NCBI GenBank assembly: GCA_943788985.1
Contig: CALSSJ010000003.1
Coordinates: forward strand, 1-40,240
Length of the DNA: 40,240 nt
DNA from: an uncultured Lentisphaerales bacterium
GTDB taxonomy: Bacteria > Verrucomicrobiota > Lentisphaeria > JABSQK01 > UBA12247
Direction of reading: 5' to 3'
Positions 37,169 through 40,240 of the stretch are shown piece by piece. How positions within the stretch are numbered: position 1 is the first letter of the stretch; each line of letters opens with the position of its first letter. Below the pieces are notes generated by a model. The model made no database searches and had not been told where the DNA came from. It saw nothing but the letters and a program-made list of their open reading frames with translations. The translations under genes were made by a program, and so were the position numbers.

Positions 37169-38324
37169 CTAGAACGAATTGCTGAAGTCGGTTGCCACTT
37201 CAGCTGGATCTGCGCTCTTCACGTATCTGGAAGTCGCGATACGGGACTCAAGTAACTCCGCGTATTTCGCGGCATCCAATGGAAGTTGCACAGTGTCGTT
37301 GATCGCGGCTGAGTAGAGCATCGTATTCCCCAGCTCCACAGACGCCTTTCCTTCAACTGCGGGTGCCAGCAACGGCTCCCCGTGGAGGATCGCTGCCGCA
37401 AAATTTTTCATGATGCCGGTGTGCTGCTCCCCTGTTCCCTCGATGATCACCGGCACGGTCTCTGTCGAAGGCTTTTCAAACCCCTTACTCGATGTCCGAG
37501 AGTGCTCGCTGACCGACGTCTCACATTTGCGCCAGGTCACTTTTCCGTGCTCAATCACGACGGTTCCAAGGTCCCCCACCACTTCCAGGCGATTCGCGCC
37601 AGGGGCCTCGCCTGTGGTCGTGATAAACACGCCGGTACAGCCATTCTCATATTCCATGTAGGCCGTGACGTTGTCTTCTACCTCAATGTCGTGAAATTGG
37701 CCAAGCTTACAGAAGGCGCGCACCGAGCTCGGCATCCCAAACAGCCACTGCCACAGGTCCAACTGATGCGGGCACTGGTTTACCAGCACCCCACCACCCT
37801 CGCCCCGCCAGGTAGCACGCCAGTCGCCCGATTGATAGTAAGATTCAGTGCGAAACCAACCAGTCATGATCCAGTTGATCCGCTGCAGCGGGCCAAGCTC
37901 GCCACCCTCGATTCGCTCGCGCAGCCACTGATAGCTGGGATCTGTCCGCTGATTAAACATTGCCGAAAATACCACGGCAGGATCGGTATGCGCAGCGATC
38001 AACTTCTCGCAGTCTGCCTTATGCACGTCAGATCGGCTTCTCGACCAGCAGATGCAGGCCGGCCTCCAATACTTGAATGCCGATGGTAGTGTGAGCGTAA
38101 TGAGGTGTGGCGACCATGACGGCGTCTACCGTGCCGGAGGTCAATAGCGCTTCAGCGCTGGTAAAAGTGGGCAGCTGATGCTCTACAAACGCCTCAAACC
38201 GCTTCGGGTTAATATCGCACAATGCGGAAAGGGTGAGACCGGGGACCTTGCCCTCGAGAACCTGGCGCGCGTGATTGCCGCCCATATTGCCAGTGCCGAC
38301 AATGCCTAACCGGACGGAATCCAT
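37169..38324 (-). pseudogene. Gfo/Idh/MocA oxidoreductase split by a single-base frameshift at ~38027-38030
   Basis: MDSVRLGIVGTGNMG...LVEKPI then ATC TGA C GTG CAT; the next frame continues VHKADC...MFNQR...WRATWRGEGGGVLVNQCPHQLD. Confidence 0.85.
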
Positions 38325-38376
38325 GGAGGTCTCTTTATCTGCGATCGTTGAACAGAAACCGGCGCTGCCGGATGAC

Positions 38377-39660
38377 TTACCAGGTAGGCACAAGCGAGAC
38401 TCGAAATCCAAGATCCTGGCTGAGAAAATCTGGCGTGTTGTTCTTGCGGCTTGACGCCACACAGTCGCGAGCCTGATCAAACCAGCTGCCGCCACGAAAC
38501 ACGCGGTACATCTGGATCGTAGATCCAACCGGGTCCACCGCTTTGGTCTCATAATTTCCATACCAATCCAGACACCACTCGTAAACATTGCCATGCATGT
38601 CATAGAGCCCCCAGGCGTTCCCGATCTTACGGCCTACGACGCGATGCCCGCGATTCTCAGGGTCCATGCAGTTTGCGACGTACCAGCCGAGTGGCTCTAA
38701 AGCCGGATCCGCATCGTTGGCCTTCGCGGAACAATCGGTGCCTTGTGGGCGCGGCAGGTGAAAGTCCTTGCTCGTGCCAGCACGGCAGGCATACTCCCAC
38801 TGCGCTTCTGTCGGCAGGTCAAACGGCAGCGAAGCACTGCTGTTGGGAATCCGGGCCTTGGCCCGAAGCACCCCCATGAAACTCACGACTGCCGGATGGC
38901 CGCTGGGCCAGGTGCCGCCTCGAATCAAATTCCAGTCCACCGAGTCCACCGGGCGCATCTCACCGGCGTGCTTCGCCGGGGTCGAGCCCATCACACGCTC
39001 CCACTGCCGCTGCGTGACCTCATAGACGCCCATGTAGTAATCTTTCGACAAGACCACGTTGTGCGCAGGTGCCTTAAGCTGCGTCTCCGCATCGTCGTCG
39101 CCCATGATAAAACGGCCCTTCGCCATACGACGCAGCACGATTTTGGTCTTGCGATACTCATCATTTCCGCCCAGATCCGGTGGGGCTGAGTTGTATGCAA
39201 TAACCGGGTATGCCCGCGCATCCGGGCCTTCTGCCACGTCTACGACCAAGTACATGCGGTCATCCGCCACCAGTCGCAACTTCAACTGCGTGGCATGCTG
39301 ACTTGGCCAGTCGGCACCAGCCAGCCAGCTAATCTCGCCAGCTGTCCATTCCTTGCCCCCTCTGACCATCAGGTCACCATTCAAGGTCGCCACGGGAACT
39401 TTGATGAACTCGGCACCATTGTTGCCGGAGACTTCGAGGCCGATGGCCATCTGAGCACCACGCGCGTCTCGAAACTCAAACGCGATCGTTACCAGAGTTT
39501 CCTCGCCGATGCCATCCGAGGTGACCTCGATGATCCTAAGTTTCATGGGCACACTTCGCGTGCTGAGGGTAATCGGATGCCACGGGCTCTGCATGGCACC
39601 AGCCAAAACGGAATTTGCCACCAAAATCAGCAGCAGGCCGGAGAGAATCGCTCTATTCAT
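38377..39660 (-). CDS. Secreted FGE-sulfatase (SUMF1-fold) domain protein
   Basis: Start ATG 39660 with signal peptide; FIMG, YEVTQRQW, LPTEAQWEYACRAGT, NAWGLYDMHGNVYEWC, RGGSW, GFRV. Confidence 0.9.
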   Translation of the reverse strand: MNRAILSGLLLILVANSVLAGAMQSPWHPITLSTRSVPMKLRIIEVTSDGIGEETLVTIAFEFRDARGAQMAIGLEVSGNNGAEFIKVPVATLNGDLMVRGGKEWTAGEISWLAGADWPSQHATQLKLRLVADDRMYLVVDVAEGPDARAYPVIAYNSAPPDLGGNDEYRKTKIVLRRMAKGRFIMGDDDAETQLKAPAHNVVLSKDYYMGVYEVTQRQWERVMGSTPAKHAGEMRPVDSVDWNLIRGGTWPSGHPAVVSFMGVLRAKARIPNSSASLPFDLPTEAQWEYACRAGTSKDFHLPRPQGTDCSAKANDADPALEPLGWYVANCMDPENRGHRVVGRKIGNAWGLYDMHGNVYEWCLDWYGNYETKAVDPVGSTIQMYRVFRGGSWFDQARDCVASSRKNNTPDFLSQDLGFRVSLVPTW

Positions 39661-39882
39661 TAGAATCCCAAAATCGTCTCGTCGGGTGGAAAGCAGTAAT
39701 ATGCCCTGCGCCCTGCGTGCGGCAACCCCACAACCGCCTATCACCAGCGAATGGTATCGATTTTCTTCTGGGGGCGAACTCAATTCCAGCAGCAACGCCG
39801 TGTCTCCCCGTAAAACTGAAGCGCAATTCCGGCGCGCCACGCTACCCGTCCCGGCACCAAGCACACACCCAAGGACCGGTAC

Positions 39883-40239
39883 ATGCCAGAGAACGAGACA
39901 GCAGTCGGCGACGAACTGGAGCTGACCATTGCGGACATTGCATTCGGCGGCGACGGCGTCGGACGCACCTCCGACGGCCTGAGCGTTTTTGTACCCTTTA
40001 CCGCTGTTGGCGAAAAGGTTCGTGTACGCATCACCCAGCGCAAGAAGCGATTTGCTCGCGGCGAAATTGTGGATCTGCTCAAGAACTCACCAGAGCGTCG
40101 CAAGCCCAGCTGCATGCACTTCGGCACCTGCGGCGGCTGCGACTACCAGCACCTGAGCTACGAGGCGGAAATCACTGCGAAGTCCGCACAGCTCACTGCG
40201 CTCATCGCGCGCATCGGCCATGTATCTGCGGAATTCGCA
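39883..40239 (+). CDS. rlmD: TRAM-domain 23S rRNA (uracil-5)-methyltransferase, RlmD/TrmA family, 5' part
   Basis: Not in the ORF track because it runs off the edge. ELTIADIAFGGDGVGR, VFVPFTAVGE, and the 4Fe-4S motif CMHFGTCGGCDYQH. Confidence 0.85.
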   Translation, partial: MPENETAVGDELELTIADIAFGGDGVGRTSDGLSVFVPFTAVGEKVRVRITQRKKRFARGEIVDLLKNSPERRKPSCMHFGTCGGCDYQHLSYEAEITAKSAQLTALIARIGHVSAEFA

Positions 40240-40240
40240 A

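Noticed and set aside
38020..38040. prfB-like programmed +1 frameshift at TGA C
   Set aside because: The preceding codon is ATC, not the slippery CTT, and there is no appropriately spaced internal Shine-Dalgarno.
38377..38520. FGE/CLec-fold C-terminus as a diversity-generating retroelement variable region
   Set aside because: No second copy (template repeat) and no reverse transcriptase seen in the window; a remote DGR cannot be excluded.

Overview
Bacterial DNA, probably from the PVC superphylum and most likely Lentisphaeria-like. This is inferred from the gene content: DUF1501, DUF1080-cytochrome c, sulfatases, a Zn-ribbon Ser/Thr kinase and a GWNL-type C-terminal domain. The window has three blocks. 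(1) 1-6116 is a visibly GC-richer minus-strand operon: TolC, a membrane fusion protein (MFP), a GAF-MFP and a site-2-protease (M50)-MFP fusion that runs off the left edge. It resembles a type I secretion apparatus, but no ABC transporter is visible. (2) About 6.1-20.7 kb is an accessory, decayed region with IS630, two IS91 (HUH) and IS21 remnants, plus fragments of GH116, VOC, DUF1501 and sulfatase genes. It also holds an intact beta-propeller + DUF1080/cytochrome c gene pair and a ~1570-aa secreted PI-PLC-X/LamG/InlB-repeat protein with a near-identical 189-bp tandem array. A 44-bp IS91 oriIS-like sequence occurs twice in direct orientation (6899 and 19403), bracketing about 12.5 kb. (3) 20.8-40.2 kb is mostly ordinary: sulfatase, PhyH/AraC, PolX, oxidoreductases, ABC-2 exporter, kdsD, xseB, GT4, O-methyltransferase, kinase, an FGE-domain protein and a partial rlmD-like gene. 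I saw no rRNA, tRNA or CRISPR array. All family calls come from motif recognition by eye; no database searches were run.
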